A stretch of DNA of 32,000 bases, taken from Candidatus Iainarchaeum sp. (lineage in GTDB: Archaea; Iainarchaeota; Iainarchaeia; Iainarchaeales; CSSED10-239). The position numbers were made by a program, and so were the translations under genes. This document shows positions 1 through 8,586 of the stretch, one piece after another. Below the pieces are notes generated by a model that was not told the DNA's origin, searched no databases, and worked only from the letters and a program-made list of their open reading frames with translations. The first letter of the stretch is position 1. The number at the start of each line of letters is the position of its first letter. Where the stretch lies: positions 485,365 through 517,364 of the forward strand of contig JBBISB010000001.1 of the NCBI GenBank assembly GCA_037441475.1. The letters are read 5' to 3'.

Positions 1-608
1 TTTTTGCATATTTAATACCAATGCAGAAAGCAAAAATACGTGGAGTATATATTGATATTGAACTTCCATTTGCTTTAAGGCATATTGCAACTGAACTTCA
101 AGCTGGTATTGGTCTTTACAAGGTTTTACAGTCTGTTGCTGCAAATGATTATGGTGTTCTATCAGAGGAGATGAACAGAACAATCTTAGAGATTGAGAAT
201 GGTACAGACACAAAGACAGCTTTAAGACATGCTGCCTTAAGAAGTCAATCTAAAAACTATAATATAGCTTTATTCCATATTGTAAGAACCCTTAACACCG
301 GTGGTAACCTTGCAAACACAATCAGTAGTGTTGCAGATACAGTTTCTTTTGATCTTTTAGAGTCTGCTAAGACTTTTGGTGAAAAGATGAATTTTTTCGG
401 AATTATTTTTATTTTCATAGCAATTGTTTTACCTGTTTTTGCAGCAATTTTAGGTGCAATTGCAAATGCTCCATTAGGTCAAGATGGTGCGTTATTTTTA
501 CCAGGTGTAATGACTCCATTAACTTTAACTTTAATTTACTGTGTAGCACTTCCAATAATATTTATCTTCTTAGTATACTATATTAAGATGATTGAACCAA
601 AGATGTGA
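1..608 (+). CDS. Type IV filament platform membrane protein, single T2SSF domain (TadB/EpdJ/FlaJ-like); 5' end probably outside the window
   Basis: The frame is open from nt 3 to the listed ATG at 21, so the gene likely starts upstream. A T2SSF-type helical cytoplasmic domain (ELPFALRHIATELQAGIGLYKVLQSVA...TALRHAALRS) is followed by C-terminal TM helices (FFGIIFIFIAIVLPVFAAILG; LTLIYCVALPIIFIFLVYY). Confidence 0.8.
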   Translation, partial: FAYLIPMQKAKIRGVYIDIELPFALRHIATELQAGIGLYKVLQSVAANDYGVLSEEMNRTILEIENGTDTKTALRHAALRSQSKNYNIALFHIVRTLNTGGNLANTISSVADTVSFDLLESAKTFGEKMNFFGIIFIFIAIVLPVFAAILGAIANAPLGQDGALFLPGVMTPLTLTLIYCVALPIIFIFLVYYIKMIEPKM

Positions 609-1512
609 TTTAAGAATGGCAAATACATTAACTAGATATCAAGTATTTTTATATACTTTAAAAATAAAGATTCCAGCAAGGGTATGGATAACTTTAATAT
701 TTTTAGCAAGTTTCTTTTTAGGTGTTTTAGGGTACTTGATTGATCTTAAGATAGGTATGTTATTTTTTGTAAATGGTTTGGTTTTAGGTATTGGTCTTCC
801 AATGTATATTTACTTTAATAAAATAAGAACTATTGAAAGATACTGGCCAGATGCCTTAAAGTTAATTGCAGACACCATGAAGGCAGGTTCTTCCTTTGAT
901 TATGCTTTAAGAGAGGTTTCTACTGCTGATTTTGGTCCTCTTTCCTTTGAGATTAATGAGGCTATAAGAAGACTTGAAATGGGGGCCACCACGTCTGTTG
1001 CCTTAAGTTACTTATCTATGAGAATAGAGTCTAAGATAGTTAGAAGAACAATTACTTTAATACAAGAATCATTAAGAACCGGTGCACAACTTGCAGATGT
1101 TTTAGATGAAATTGCAAACGACACTAAACAACTTTTCAGAGTAAAGAAAGAAAGACAAACAAAAACAATGCTTCAAACAATTTTTATTGTTGCAGCATCT
1201 TCAATAGTTGCTCCTTTCATTTTTGGAATGACAAGAGTAATTACTGGTTTTTTAACCGATATTGCAACCTCTTCAGGTATTGCTTCAGCAAAGGCTTTAG
1301 CAGTTTCTTTAGATGCTCAAAAAACAATTTTCTTTTTATTAGATATATATATTGTTATACAGATATTTGCAGCTTCTACAATGATAAGTGTTATGAGGGA
1401 AGGAGACTTAAGTTACATAGTTTTATTTTTCCCTGTCTTAATAACCATAGGTTACATTGTTTATTTTTTAGCTCAATTTGCATTGAACTTAATGCTTTCA
1501 GGAATGGTTTAA
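592..1512 (+). CDS. Type IV filament platform membrane protein, single T2SSF domain (TadC/EpdK/FlaJ-like)
   Basis: T2SSF signature WPDALKLIADTMKAGSSFDYALREVS plus N- and C-terminal TM helices. The listed start at 592 is a TTG overlapping the upstream stop; the ATG at 616 (MANTLTRYQ) is an equally plausible start. Confidence 0.8.
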   Translation: MNQRCDLRMANTLTRYQVFLYTLKIKIPARVWITLIFLASFFLGVLGYLIDLKIGMLFFVNGLVLGIGLPMYIYFNKIRTIERYWPDALKLIADTMKAGSSFDYALREVSTADFGPLSFEINEAIRRLEMGATTSVALSYLSMRIESKIVRRTITLIQESLRTGAQLADVLDEIANDTKQLFRVKKERQTKTMLQTIFIVAASSIVAPFIFGMTRVITGFLTDIATSSGIASAKALAVSLDAQKTIFFLLDIYIVIQIFAASTMISVMREGDLSYIVLFFPVLITIGYIVYFLAQFALNLMLSGMV

Positions 1513-1513
1513 A

Positions 1514-1693
1514 ATGAAGTCTAAGATAAAAAGATTAATTAAAGAGAATAAAGGACAAGTTTCCTTGGAGTTTATTATAGTTTTAGGAGTAGTTATCCTT
1601 GTTGCCTTAACTGTTGGTATTTTCTTGAAGCAGACTTCTTCAAAGAATGTAAGAACAGCAACAGAGTATCAAAAAAATTTTGACAATAGTTGA
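1514..1693 (+). CDS. Flp-sized minor pilin with class III (DUF361-type) signal peptide, 59 aa; not in the supplied ORF track
   Basis: Hand translation: MKSKIKRLIKENKG|QVSLEFIIVLGVVILVALTVGIFLKQTSSKNVRTATEYQKNFDNS*. It has a basic leader, G|Q at -1/+1, Glu at +5 and a hydrophobic helix. The ATG lies 1 nt after the upstream stop, so the gene sits in the operon. Confidence 0.75.
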   Translation: MKSKIKRLIKENKGQVSLEFIIVLGVVILVALTVGIFLKQTSSKNVRTATEYQKNFDNS

Positions 1694-1846
1694 ATATGAG
1701 GGTTTGGATTAATGAAAAGAAACATATATAAATATATCGTATGTATTATTTTAATTAATTTAGCATTACATTAAAGAAAATCTTAAATGAAAAGATTATA
1801 CACTTTATGTGTGATATTTAAAAAAAATAAGAAAGGTGTTTAAAAA

Positions 1847-2368
1847 ATGAATAAAAAATATAAAGGACAAGGTGCTTTAGAGTATCTTCTTTTAATAGGC
1901 GGTGCAGTATTAATCGCTGTTATTGTTATTGCATTACTTGTTGGTATGGGTGGACAATCAAGAGATTCTGCTGCAGCTCAAGCTGAAAAGGCAAATCAAG
2001 CAACAGATGTTCCTCAACCATCACAAATAGTACAAGTTTTAGCTCCATACGCTAATTGTGTTTCAGCAACAGGCGTTGCAGATTTTACCTTCTCATGGAG
2101 GCCTTTAGGTGAAGGTGGAAGTCACGAAGTTATCGTAAAAGATTCAAATAATAAGGAATATACCGGCGCTGATTTAACAGTTACAACTTCTGCAGGTGTT
2201 GCAATGGTTACTGATGATTTAAATCCAAACGAAGTAAATGGTTTAAATGTTGCATTAACATTAGATGCTGGTAGCAAATGTGGTGACTCATACTACTTAT
2301 ATATTAAAACAACAAAGAATAACCAAACAGTAACATCACAAGGTTATAGATTCAGTTGGATTAATTAA
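1847..2368 (+). CDS. Type IV pilin (candidate major pilin), class III signal peptide plus beta-rich C-terminal domain
   Basis: MNKKYKG|QGALEYLLLIGGAVLIAVIVIALLV. The gene has its own AT-rich upstream region, a GGTG Shine-Dalgarno (SD) at -12 and a strong hairpin/oligo-T terminator downstream. Two Cys lie in the globular domain. Confidence 0.85.
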   Translation: MNKKYKGQGALEYLLLIGGAVLIAVIVIALLVGMGGQSRDSAAAQAEKANQATDVPQPSQIVQVLAPYANCVSATGVADFTFSWRPLGEGGSHEVIVKDSNNKEYTGADLTVTTSAGVAMVTDDLNPNEVNGLNVALTLDAGSKCGDSYYLYIKTTKNNQTVTSQGYRFSWIN

Positions 2369-2381
2369 GTAGTAAGTTAAG

Positions 2382-2412
2382 AATATAGCTTTTAAGCTAT
2401 ATTTTTTTATTT
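2382..2412 (+). terminator. Hairpin plus oligo-T terminator after the pilin gene
   Basis: aatatagctt (2382-2391) is the perfect reverse complement of aagctatatt (2394-2403). It is followed by tttttatttt. Confidence 0.6.
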
Positions 2413-2560
2413 TCACAAAAGTATTTTAAAAAAACAAAATCAGTTATTTAAATTAAAACAATATCAGTAAAAAACCTAACAAAAATTAAAATTATATTTA
2501 TTAAAGAAATATTATTAAAAAAATAAAAATTATAAAAAATTAAAAAGAGGCGAAAATATT

Positions 2561-3001
2561 ATGTTTTTTTCAAAAGACAAATCAAAAGGACAAGGTGCCT
2601 TAGAATATTTATTAATTATTGGTGGTGCACTTGTTGTTGCAGTAACAGTAATTGTTTTAGTTGTTAGTATGAGCGGATCTAATAGAGATAAAGTTGCTGC
2701 TCAAGATGAAACACTTTCACAAGTAATCGATAACACAATAACCCCTCCTATAGTAAACATTATAGATTGTACTACAACTCAAATTAGATTTACCTTAAAT
2801 TCTAGTGATACTGTATTCAGTTATGTTGTTAACGGCGGGACTCCTACTACTGTGCCTGGAGCTGTAAATGGTGTTTACACAATTTCAGGAATTAGTCCGG
2901 CAGTAACTTCTGGTAATAGACATACTTTAACTGTAGCAACAGTTAAGGGCACTAAAATGTCAGCCTTCTCAAAACCAGCATCAACATGTAGAGTGCCATA
3001 A
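2561..3001 (+). CDS. Type IV pilin paralog, class III signal peptide
   Basis: MFFSKDKSKG|QGALEYLLIIGGALVVAVTVIVLVV is nearly identical in its N-terminal helix to the 1847 pilin, but the C-terminal domain differs. An SD-like aaagagg lies upstream. Confidence 0.85.
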   Translation: MFFSKDKSKGQGALEYLLIIGGALVVAVTVIVLVVSMSGSNRDKVAAQDETLSQVIDNTITPPIVNIIDCTTTQIRFTLNSSDTVFSYVVNGGTPTTVPGAVNGVYTISGISPAVTSGNRHTLTVATVKGTKMSAFSKPASTCRVP

Positions 3002-3025
3002 ATATAAAATGAGTTTGAAACAAAT

Positions 3026-3220
3026 ATGATATATAAAAAATTACAAGATATTCTAAATGATCAAAAAGGTCAAGTGTCAATAGAGTATCTTGTGATGATC
3101 GTCTTTGGTATGATTCTTGTTATAACAACAGGAATAGTTATCTTAAACCTTAATACCTTCATAACTGTTGCAAAATCAAAAATATTAACTTATAGAGATA
3201 ATATCTTGTCTTCTTTATAA
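3026..3220 (+). CDS. Flp-sized minor pilin with class III signal peptide, 64 aa
   Basis: MIYKKLQDILNDQKG|QVSIEYLVMIVFGMILVITTGIVIL, followed by only a short tail after the hydrophobic helix. Confidence 0.75.
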   Translation: MIYKKLQDILNDQKGQVSIEYLVMIVFGMILVITTGIVILNLNTFITVAKSKILTYRDNILSSL

Positions 3221-3242
3221 AAACCTATAAATTATTTTTAAA

Positions 3243-4367
3243 ATGATGTTTAATTTTACTTTCTTTATTTTTTCAATAACCATTCTATTTCTAATAGTAG
3301 CAGTAATCTATGATGTAAGAAAAAGAATAATCCCAAACCCTTTAGTCTTAACTTTATTAATAATAGGTATTATTACAAAAATAATACAGTCAATTGTTCT
3401 TAATAATCTTAATATTCTATTAAATTCTTTATTATCCTTTGCAGTAACCTTCTTTGTAAGCTACGTGCTTTGGGAAACAGGGTTCTTTGCAGGAGGAGAT
3501 TTAAAATTATTCTCTGCTTTAGCTGTCCTTAACCCATTTAACCTTAACTTCTTTGCATCCTCTCTTTCCTTTGGCATCATAACCCATCCTTTCTTTGTCT
3601 TAACCTTGATCATTGTAAGTATTTTATCCACCGCCCCTGTTCTAATCATTCACTCTCTTTACTTGTTTATTTTCAGAAAGCATCATTTCATTCTTTGGGA
3701 CATCTTAAAATCCAAAAACACTATCTTTTCTTTCATTAGCTCAGTTTTAGTTTTGTTTCTTATAAGTTCTTTCTTACACATTTTTTCTTTAACCATTTCT
3801 TTTCTTTTTTATTTTTTATTCTCAATTGCTTTTTTATTGTTTTTCAGGCAACTAGAGAAATACAATGTTAAGTTCTTTTATTACATCATAACTATTTTCT
3901 ATTTACTTTTAATAGCGTCTGCAATATTCTTTAAGCTAAAAATATTTTCCTTTTATAATCTCTTAACCATAATAATAACCATTAAAGTATTATTTTTAGC
4001 AATAACAATCTACAAGATAATCTCAACTAGAATCTTAGTTGAGAAAAAGAAAATTTATGAGCTTAAGGAAGGAGATGTTGTTTGGAACAATTACTATAAA
4101 ATTAACAATAAAGTTATTGAAAAGAAGGTTACTTTTTTTGGTTACTTTAAACAAATTATTAAAAATACTTATTCCAATAACTTAGTTTTAGACTCAAAAA
4201 AAATAGGTGGTTTATCTTCAAAAGACATAACCTTTTTAAAGAGTTCTTACAAACATAATTTAGAGAAAGAGGTGCTTTTAAAGAGGACACTCCCATTTAC
4301 CCCCTCAGTTTTTTTTGCATACATTTTACTAAATGTTTTAGGGGATTTTATTTGGATGTTTTTTTAA
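3243..4367 (+). CDS. Archaeal A24-family prepilin/preflagellin peptidase (FlaK/PibD/EppA-like), extended 374-aa form
   Basis: Both catalytic Asp motifs are present: IYD24VRKRIIPN and AGGD86LKLF (a GxGD-like motif). The protein is polytopic. A hydrophilic insert of about 80 aa (EKKKIYELKEGDVVWNN...KHNLEKEVLLKR) precedes the final LPFTPSVFFAYIL helix. Confidence 0.85.
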   Translation: MMFNFTFFIFSITILFLIVAVIYDVRKRIIPNPLVLTLLIIGIITKIIQSIVLNNLNILLNSLLSFAVTFFVSYVLWETGFFAGGDLKLFSALAVLNPFNLNFFASSLSFGIITHPFFVLTLIIVSILSTAPVLIIHSLYLFIFRKHHFILWDILKSKNTIFSFISSVLVLFLISSFLHIFSLTISFLFYFLFSIAFLLFFRQLEKYNVKFFYYIITIFYLLLIASAIFFKLKIFSFYNLLTIIITIKVLFLAITIYKIISTRILVEKKKIYELKEGDVVWNNYYKINNKVIEKKVTFFGYFKQIIKNTYSNNLVLDSKKIGGLSSKDITFLKSSYKHNLEKEVLLKRTLPFTPSVFFAYILLNVLGDFIWMFF

Positions 4368-4396
4368 AAAAAGCAAAAGAAGGATGTGCATGATTA

Positions 4397-4879
4397 ATGA
4401 AGAATAGAAAAGGGCAAATTGCCATAGAATATATTGTTTTAATTGCTATATTACTATTATTTTTTCAAGCAGTAATATACCCTAATGTGACATTCTCTGA
4501 AAACATGATAAATGATATTTATTCAATAACCCAAACAAAACAATCTTTTGAAAAACTAGGTGACGACCTCTCTTCTTTCTCAAGTACACCTGGTTATGGT
4601 AAAAGACTAGTTTATTTCTATCTTCCACCAAGCTCTTCAATAACAGGGTGTAGTGGAGGCGTAAACTCAATTATCACTTACACCATAAACATTTCTTCTC
4701 AAATACCAAAACCTAATATATCTGCTTGTAACAGGACTACAAACATCTGTACTTTTGAAAAACAAATTTTTATTTCAGGAGCAAACATTACTTGTGAAAA
4801 TATAGGTCCTGGGTTTAATGGTTATTTATCTGTTGAAAAATTAGCAAACGGAGCATTTAATGTTTCTAAAGCAAACTAA
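4397..4879 (+). CDS. Pilin-like protein with class III signal peptide
   Basis: MKNRKG|QIAIEYIVLIAILLLFF. The C-terminal domain has 4 Cys and several N-x-S/T sequons. Confidence 0.75.
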   Translation: MKNRKGQIAIEYIVLIAILLLFFQAVIYPNVTFSENMINDIYSITQTKQSFEKLGDDLSSFSSTPGYGKRLVYFYLPPSSSITGCSGGVNSIITYTINISSQIPKPNISACNRTTNICTFEKQIFISGANITCENIGPGFNGYLSVEKLANGAFNVSKAN

Positions 4880-5222
4880 AGCACAAACCAGTCTTGAGTT
4901 TTTAATTATTGTTTTAGCTTTGATATTAATAGCCATGTCTGCAACATTATTTTTATTATCTACTTTTGATATAAATGTTGGTCTTTACAAAGTAAAAAAT
5001 AAAACCATTCAGTTTATAGCAAACGATTCAAGGCCACTTGTAATTTCAGCAGTAACTTATGCTTATAATACAACAGATCTTAATTTCACTGTTATTTTAA
5101 AGAAAGCAGATGCCTCTATTACCTGTCCAACACTTACAGACTATAATTATTCTTCTTTAGAAAATGAGGTTGATAAAAGAACAAAATATAATAATATTAA
5201 TGTTAGAATTATTTGTAATTAA
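4860..5222 (+). CDS. Pilin-like protein with class III signal peptide
   Basis: MFLKQTKA|QTSLEFLIIVLALILIAMS, with Q at +1 and E at +5. It overlaps the upstream gene by 20 nt. Confidence 0.7.
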   Translation: MFLKQTKAQTSLEFLIIVLALILIAMSATLFLLSTFDINVGLYKVKNKTIQFIANDSRPLVISAVTYAYNTTDLNFTVILKKADASITCPTLTDYNYSSLENEVDKRTKYNNINVRIICN

Positions 5223-5235
5223 AGGTGCTTTGTAA

Positions 5236-5730
5236 ATGGATAAACATATCTTATATTTAGAAATTATTTTTTTAGCCTCAATAGTGGTTAACTTAATTGT
5301 TCCTGGTATGTTATTTCTAAAAATACTTTTAATGCTTTTAACCTTTTTATTCTTCTATAAAGAGCTTGAAAGCTACCCATATATTAAAAACAAATACGTG
5401 TATATAGGTATTGGTTTTACAAGTATCTTACTTTTGTTTATAATAGCAGATTACATTACTCACATTTATTTTTTAGTTTTCTTTATGTGTCTTGTAGTAG
5501 CTTACCTTTATTTATTCAAAATTTTATTTAATGAAACATACGGCGTGGTTGTAAAGAGCACAGATAAAGAAGTTACCTTTAAGCTAGAAGATCCTTTCTT
5601 TTTATCTAAGAAAGAATATTCTTTAAAATACTCAAGGAAAGTAGCAGTAGGGTCAACAGTTATAATTCAACTATCAACATTTTTCATAAACAAAAAACCA
5701 ATTAAGATAAAGAAAATAATTTCTAAATAG
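5236..5730 (+). CDS. Hypothetical polytopic membrane protein with a small C-terminal soluble domain
   Basis: Three to four hydrophobic helices are followed by YGVVVKSTDKEVTFKLEDPFF... GGTG SD-like taaaggtg lies upstream. No family was recognised. Confidence 0.5.
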   Translation: MDKHILYLEIIFLASIVVNLIVPGMLFLKILLMLLTFLFFYKELESYPYIKNKYVYIGIGFTSILLLFIIADYITHIYFLVFFMCLVVAYLYLFKILFNETYGVVVKSTDKEVTFKLEDPFFLSKKEYSLKYSRKVAVGSTVIIQLSTFFINKKPIKIKKIISK

Positions 5731-5749
5731 TTTTTTTAAAAAATAAAGC

Positions 5750-6118
5750 ATGGATGTAACAAAACTAAATAAGTTTTTAATTTTTCTAACAGTTGCTTCT
5801 CTTTTTGCTTTATTCCTTTTAACCGCTTTTTTTAAAACCCCTGAAATCAATCTTCTTGAAGATAATTCTCTTTATTTAGAAAAGTAGGTTTCAGTAACAG
5901 GAGGTGTAAAACATTTAGATGTAAAAGAAAATAATTTATTTTTTTCTATATGTAATCTTTCAAACTGTTTACCTGTTGTTTACTTTAACCCTTCTAAAAC
6001 AAACTTACATTTACTTGAAAAAGCATACCTTGAAAAGAAAACCTTGAAGGTAACCGGTAAGCATACTCTCTATAATGGTAAAGAAGAAATTATTTTATAT
6101 AAATATGAGATTAAATGA
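5750..6118 (+). pseudogene. Membrane-anchored OB-fold (tRNA_anti-like) protein interrupted by an in-frame TAG at 5885-5887
   Basis: Hand translation: MDVTKLNKFLIFLTVASLFALFLLTAFFKTPEINLLEDNSLYLEK*VSVTGGVKHLDVKENNLFFSICNLSNCLPVVYFNPSKT...LKVTGKHTLYNGKEEIILYKYEIK*. One frame runs throughout (366 nt from the ATG to the TGA). The TGA overlaps the next ATG (ATGA). The gene is not in the ORF track. Confidence 0.55.
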
Positions 6119-7290
6119 TTCTTGAGATAATCCTTGGAGTAATAACAGGTTTTCTTTTTGGTTTAATCCCTTCAATGCACATTAACTTTGTTTCTTACTT
6201 GTTTTTATATTTTGGTTTATTTTTAGTTTTTCCTGATAAATTTTATTTTTTCCTTTCTCTTTCAATCTATCAGTTAATAACAAGTTACCTTCCACAAACT
6301 TTTTTCTCAGTTCCAAACACAGAAAACATAATGTCTTTATTTCCCTTGCATAAGATGTTTCTAAAAGGGCTTTCGAGGGTATTTTTTTAGATTTTCTTGG
6401 TTCTTTTTTTGGCGCTATCTTTGCCCTATGTTTCCTGTTTTACTTTATCTTCTTTTCTCTTCTTTAATAGGTTTTAGTTTTCTAATATCTTTTGCCATTC
6501 TATTTACTCTCTTTAGTTTTTTATTTTTGAAGAAAGTAACAAAGATAGGTTAATTGTTTTATTTATTTTCCTATCTTCTTCTCTTCTAGGTCTTTTAACC
6601 TTGAAATACAATTATTTTTTAAAAGAGCCATTATTTGTTTGTGTGGTTGGTTTGTTTACTCTTCCTCTTTTAATAAAATCTATTTTTGAAAAGCATAAAA
6701 AAGTTTTTCAAGAAACAAAAGAAAATTTTTCTTTCCCTTCCTTAGAGGCTCTCAAGCTTTCTGTTGTCGGCTCTCTTTCCTCCCTTCTAATAATCTTAGT
6801 GCCTTCCTTTTCTTCCTCTCAAGCAGGTACAATTGTTTCAAGGTTTAAAACTAATTTTTCTTCTAAACAATACATTGTTCTTTTTTCAAGCATCTCCATA
6901 AGCGCTTTAATCTTCTCTTATTTTCTTGCAATGTTTTTTATAAGCCAAGGCTAGGTATATAGCTATTCTTTTAATGGAAAAACAGGTTCTCTCTAGGGGG
7001 ATATTTTCTTTTTTATAATAACTGTTTTGCTTTCAGTTTCTTTTTCCCTCTTACTTTTAAACTCAGTTTTAAAAGATATTATAAGGTTTATTAATTCAAG
7101 AGATTTAAATAAAATAAATATTTTATTTTTAATATTTTCAGTTACTTTAGTTGTTTTAATCTCAGGATGGCTCTCTCTTCCTTTTTTATTTTTAAGCACC
7201 TTAATAGGTTTTCTTCCTTTACAGTACAATAAATCAAGGGTGTTGTTAATGGCCTATATAATGCTACCCACCCTTTTATTTTATTTATAG
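6115..7290 (+). pseudogene. TctA/DUF112-like permease, fragmented by about six -1 frameshifts
   Basis: The N-terminus MILEIILGVITGFLFGLIPSMHIN and LFPLHKMFLKG resemble the GLIPG(I/L)HxN and LPGHRxLLKG motifs of archaeal DUF112/TctA permeases. Sensible sequence continues by hopping frames 1>0>2>1 (6380-6560; for example FLDFLGSFFGAIFALCFLFYFIFF in frame 0) and again 1>0>2>1 (6930-7020). Several shifts lie at T6-T7 runs. Confidence 0.6.
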
Positions 7291-8027
7291 ATATTTAACT
7301 TAAGAATAAAAGCAAGTAATCTATTCTTAAAACCTGGCGCGAAAACAACCTTTCTTTTCTTAAGTGCTTTAATAGATCCTCTGACAACCTCTTCTGCTTC
7401 CATGTACATAAAGGAAGGTAAGACCGGTAGCATAGTCTTAAAGATAGCTGTTTTATCAAAGTTTGTTTTTGTAGACCCAGGGCAGAGTGCTTGAACTTTA
7501 ATTTTTTTATTTTTTTTATTAATCTCATCTTGAAGGTTTCTTGAGAAGTGAATGATGTATCTTTTTGTGGAGTTATAAATAATGTTATTTTTTGCTGTAA
7601 ACAAATAACATGCTAATGAAGCTACATTGATGATTACTCCTTTATTTCTTTTAAGCATGTAAGGTAGTGCTGCTCTTGTAAGTAAAGTGGTCGCAAAGAT
7701 ATGCACATTTATCATGTCCTCTGTAACCTTTAAATCAACTTCACTAAAAGGTACTCTATTTCCAAACCCTGCATTATTAACTAAAACATCAATATTTTCT
7801 TTTTCTATTTTCTTTGCAAGTCTTTTAATCTCTTCAGGAACTGAAAGGTCACATAGATAATACTCGCAGTTGATGTTATATCTTTCCTCAAGATCCTTTT
7901 TAATCTCAATAAGTGCTTCTTTGTTTCTTGCAACTAAAAGCAAATCCTTTTTTTCTTTTCCAAACTGATAAGCATATTCTTTTCCAATCCCACTTGAGGC
8001 CCCAGTAATTAATATTTTCTCTCTCAT
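7281..8027 (-). CDS. Short-chain dehydrogenase/reductase (SDR family)
   Basis: ILITGASSGIGKEYA (TGxxxGxG), NNAG, and the catalytic YNSTK (YxxxK). Confidence 0.9.
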   Translation of the reverse strand: MREKILITGASSGIGKEYAYQFGKEKKDLLLVARNKEALIEIKKDLEERYNINCEYYLCDLSVPEEIKRLAKKIEKENIDVLVNNAGFGNRVPFSEVDLKVTEDMINVHIFATTLLTRAALPYMLKRNKGVIINVASLACYLFTAKNNIIYNSTKRYIIHFSRNLQDEINKKNKKIKVQALCPGSTKTNFDKTAIFKTMLPVLPSFMYMEAEEVVRGSIKALKKRKVVFAPGFKNRLLAFILKLNIYK

Positions 8028-8060
8028 GTTTCTTTCCTTCCTTTTTATTTTCCTTTTAAC

Positions 8061-8073
8061 AATAAATATATAC
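8061..8073 (+). promoter_or_regulatory. Candidate archaeal TATA box for a leaderless JAMM transcript
   Basis: aataaatatatac is centred about 27 nt upstream of the ATG at 8095. No SD lies in between. Confidence 0.35.
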
Positions 8074-8094
8074 TTTAAAGACTATATATATTTT

Positions 8095-8484
8095 ATGGCT
8101 GATTGGTATATTTACAAAGACGTTCTTGAAAGCATAATGGAGTTTTCAAAAAGCTTTTACCCTAATGAATTTTCAGGAATGCTAGTTTCTAGAAATAATA
8201 TTTTTCAAGATATATATATAATACCACAAACAAAGAGTAATGAAAATTCAGCAACTATTAGGCTTGACTTTGTACCACTCTCTCTTTCCATTAATGGTTC
8301 AGTTCACTCTCACCCTTCAGGTGGAGGAGAGCCTTCTAGAGAAGATCTTTCTTTCTTCCAATCTAAGGATATTAACATAATTGCCTATTATCCATTCTCT
8401 CTTTACTCCTTTAAGGCCTATGATTCTAATGGTAAAGAGATCAGTTTAGGCGTGATATTACGCGAAGAAAGCAAAAATTTATAA
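8095..8484 (+). CDS. Stand-alone JAMM/MPN+ metalloprotease (AfJAMM / SAMP-deconjugase-like)
   Basis: Complete JAMM motif: E(FSGMLV)...H-S-H-PSGGGEP-S-RE-D (HxHx7SxxD). The ORF-track start at 8026 adds an implausible hydrophobic leader overlapping the divergent SDR start. The ATG at 8095 (MADWYIYKD) is preferred. Confidence 0.85.
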   Translation: MADWYIYKDVLESIMEFSKSFYPNEFSGMLVSRNNIFQDIYIIPQTKSNENSATIRLDFVPLSLSINGSVHSHPSGGGEPSREDLSFFQSKDINIIAYYPFSLYSFKAYDSNGKEISLGVILREESKNL

Positions 8485-8586
8485 ACCTGCCGACACAAAA
8501 AATTTAAACATTTTGTAACATTAGTTATTTTAGAGCAAATAACTTCTATTTTCCAATTTATTTTTTAAAAGGAGGACAAGTTTACC

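Noticed and set aside
5885-7290. TAG stop-codon reassignment or readthrough, since six in-frame TAGs occur in two adjacent genes
   Set aside because: TAG terminates well-supported genes at the expected ends (dnaJ at 12190-12192, the M6 protease at 27729-27731, and the ORF ending at 5730). In the TctA-like gene the conserved sequence continues in the other frames, so frameshifts explain the stops. TAG is also a common out-of-frame triplet in T/A-rich membrane-protein DNA.
8523-8544. Perfect 8-bp inverted repeat AGTTATTT-N6-AAATAACT about 45 nt upstream of grpE, as a heat-shock operator (CIRCE-like)
   Set aside because: It does not resemble the CIRCE consensus (TTAGCACTC-N9-GAGTGCTAA). An 8-bp A/T-rich inverted repeat is expected by chance several times in 32 kb of this composition. 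Only its position is suggestive.
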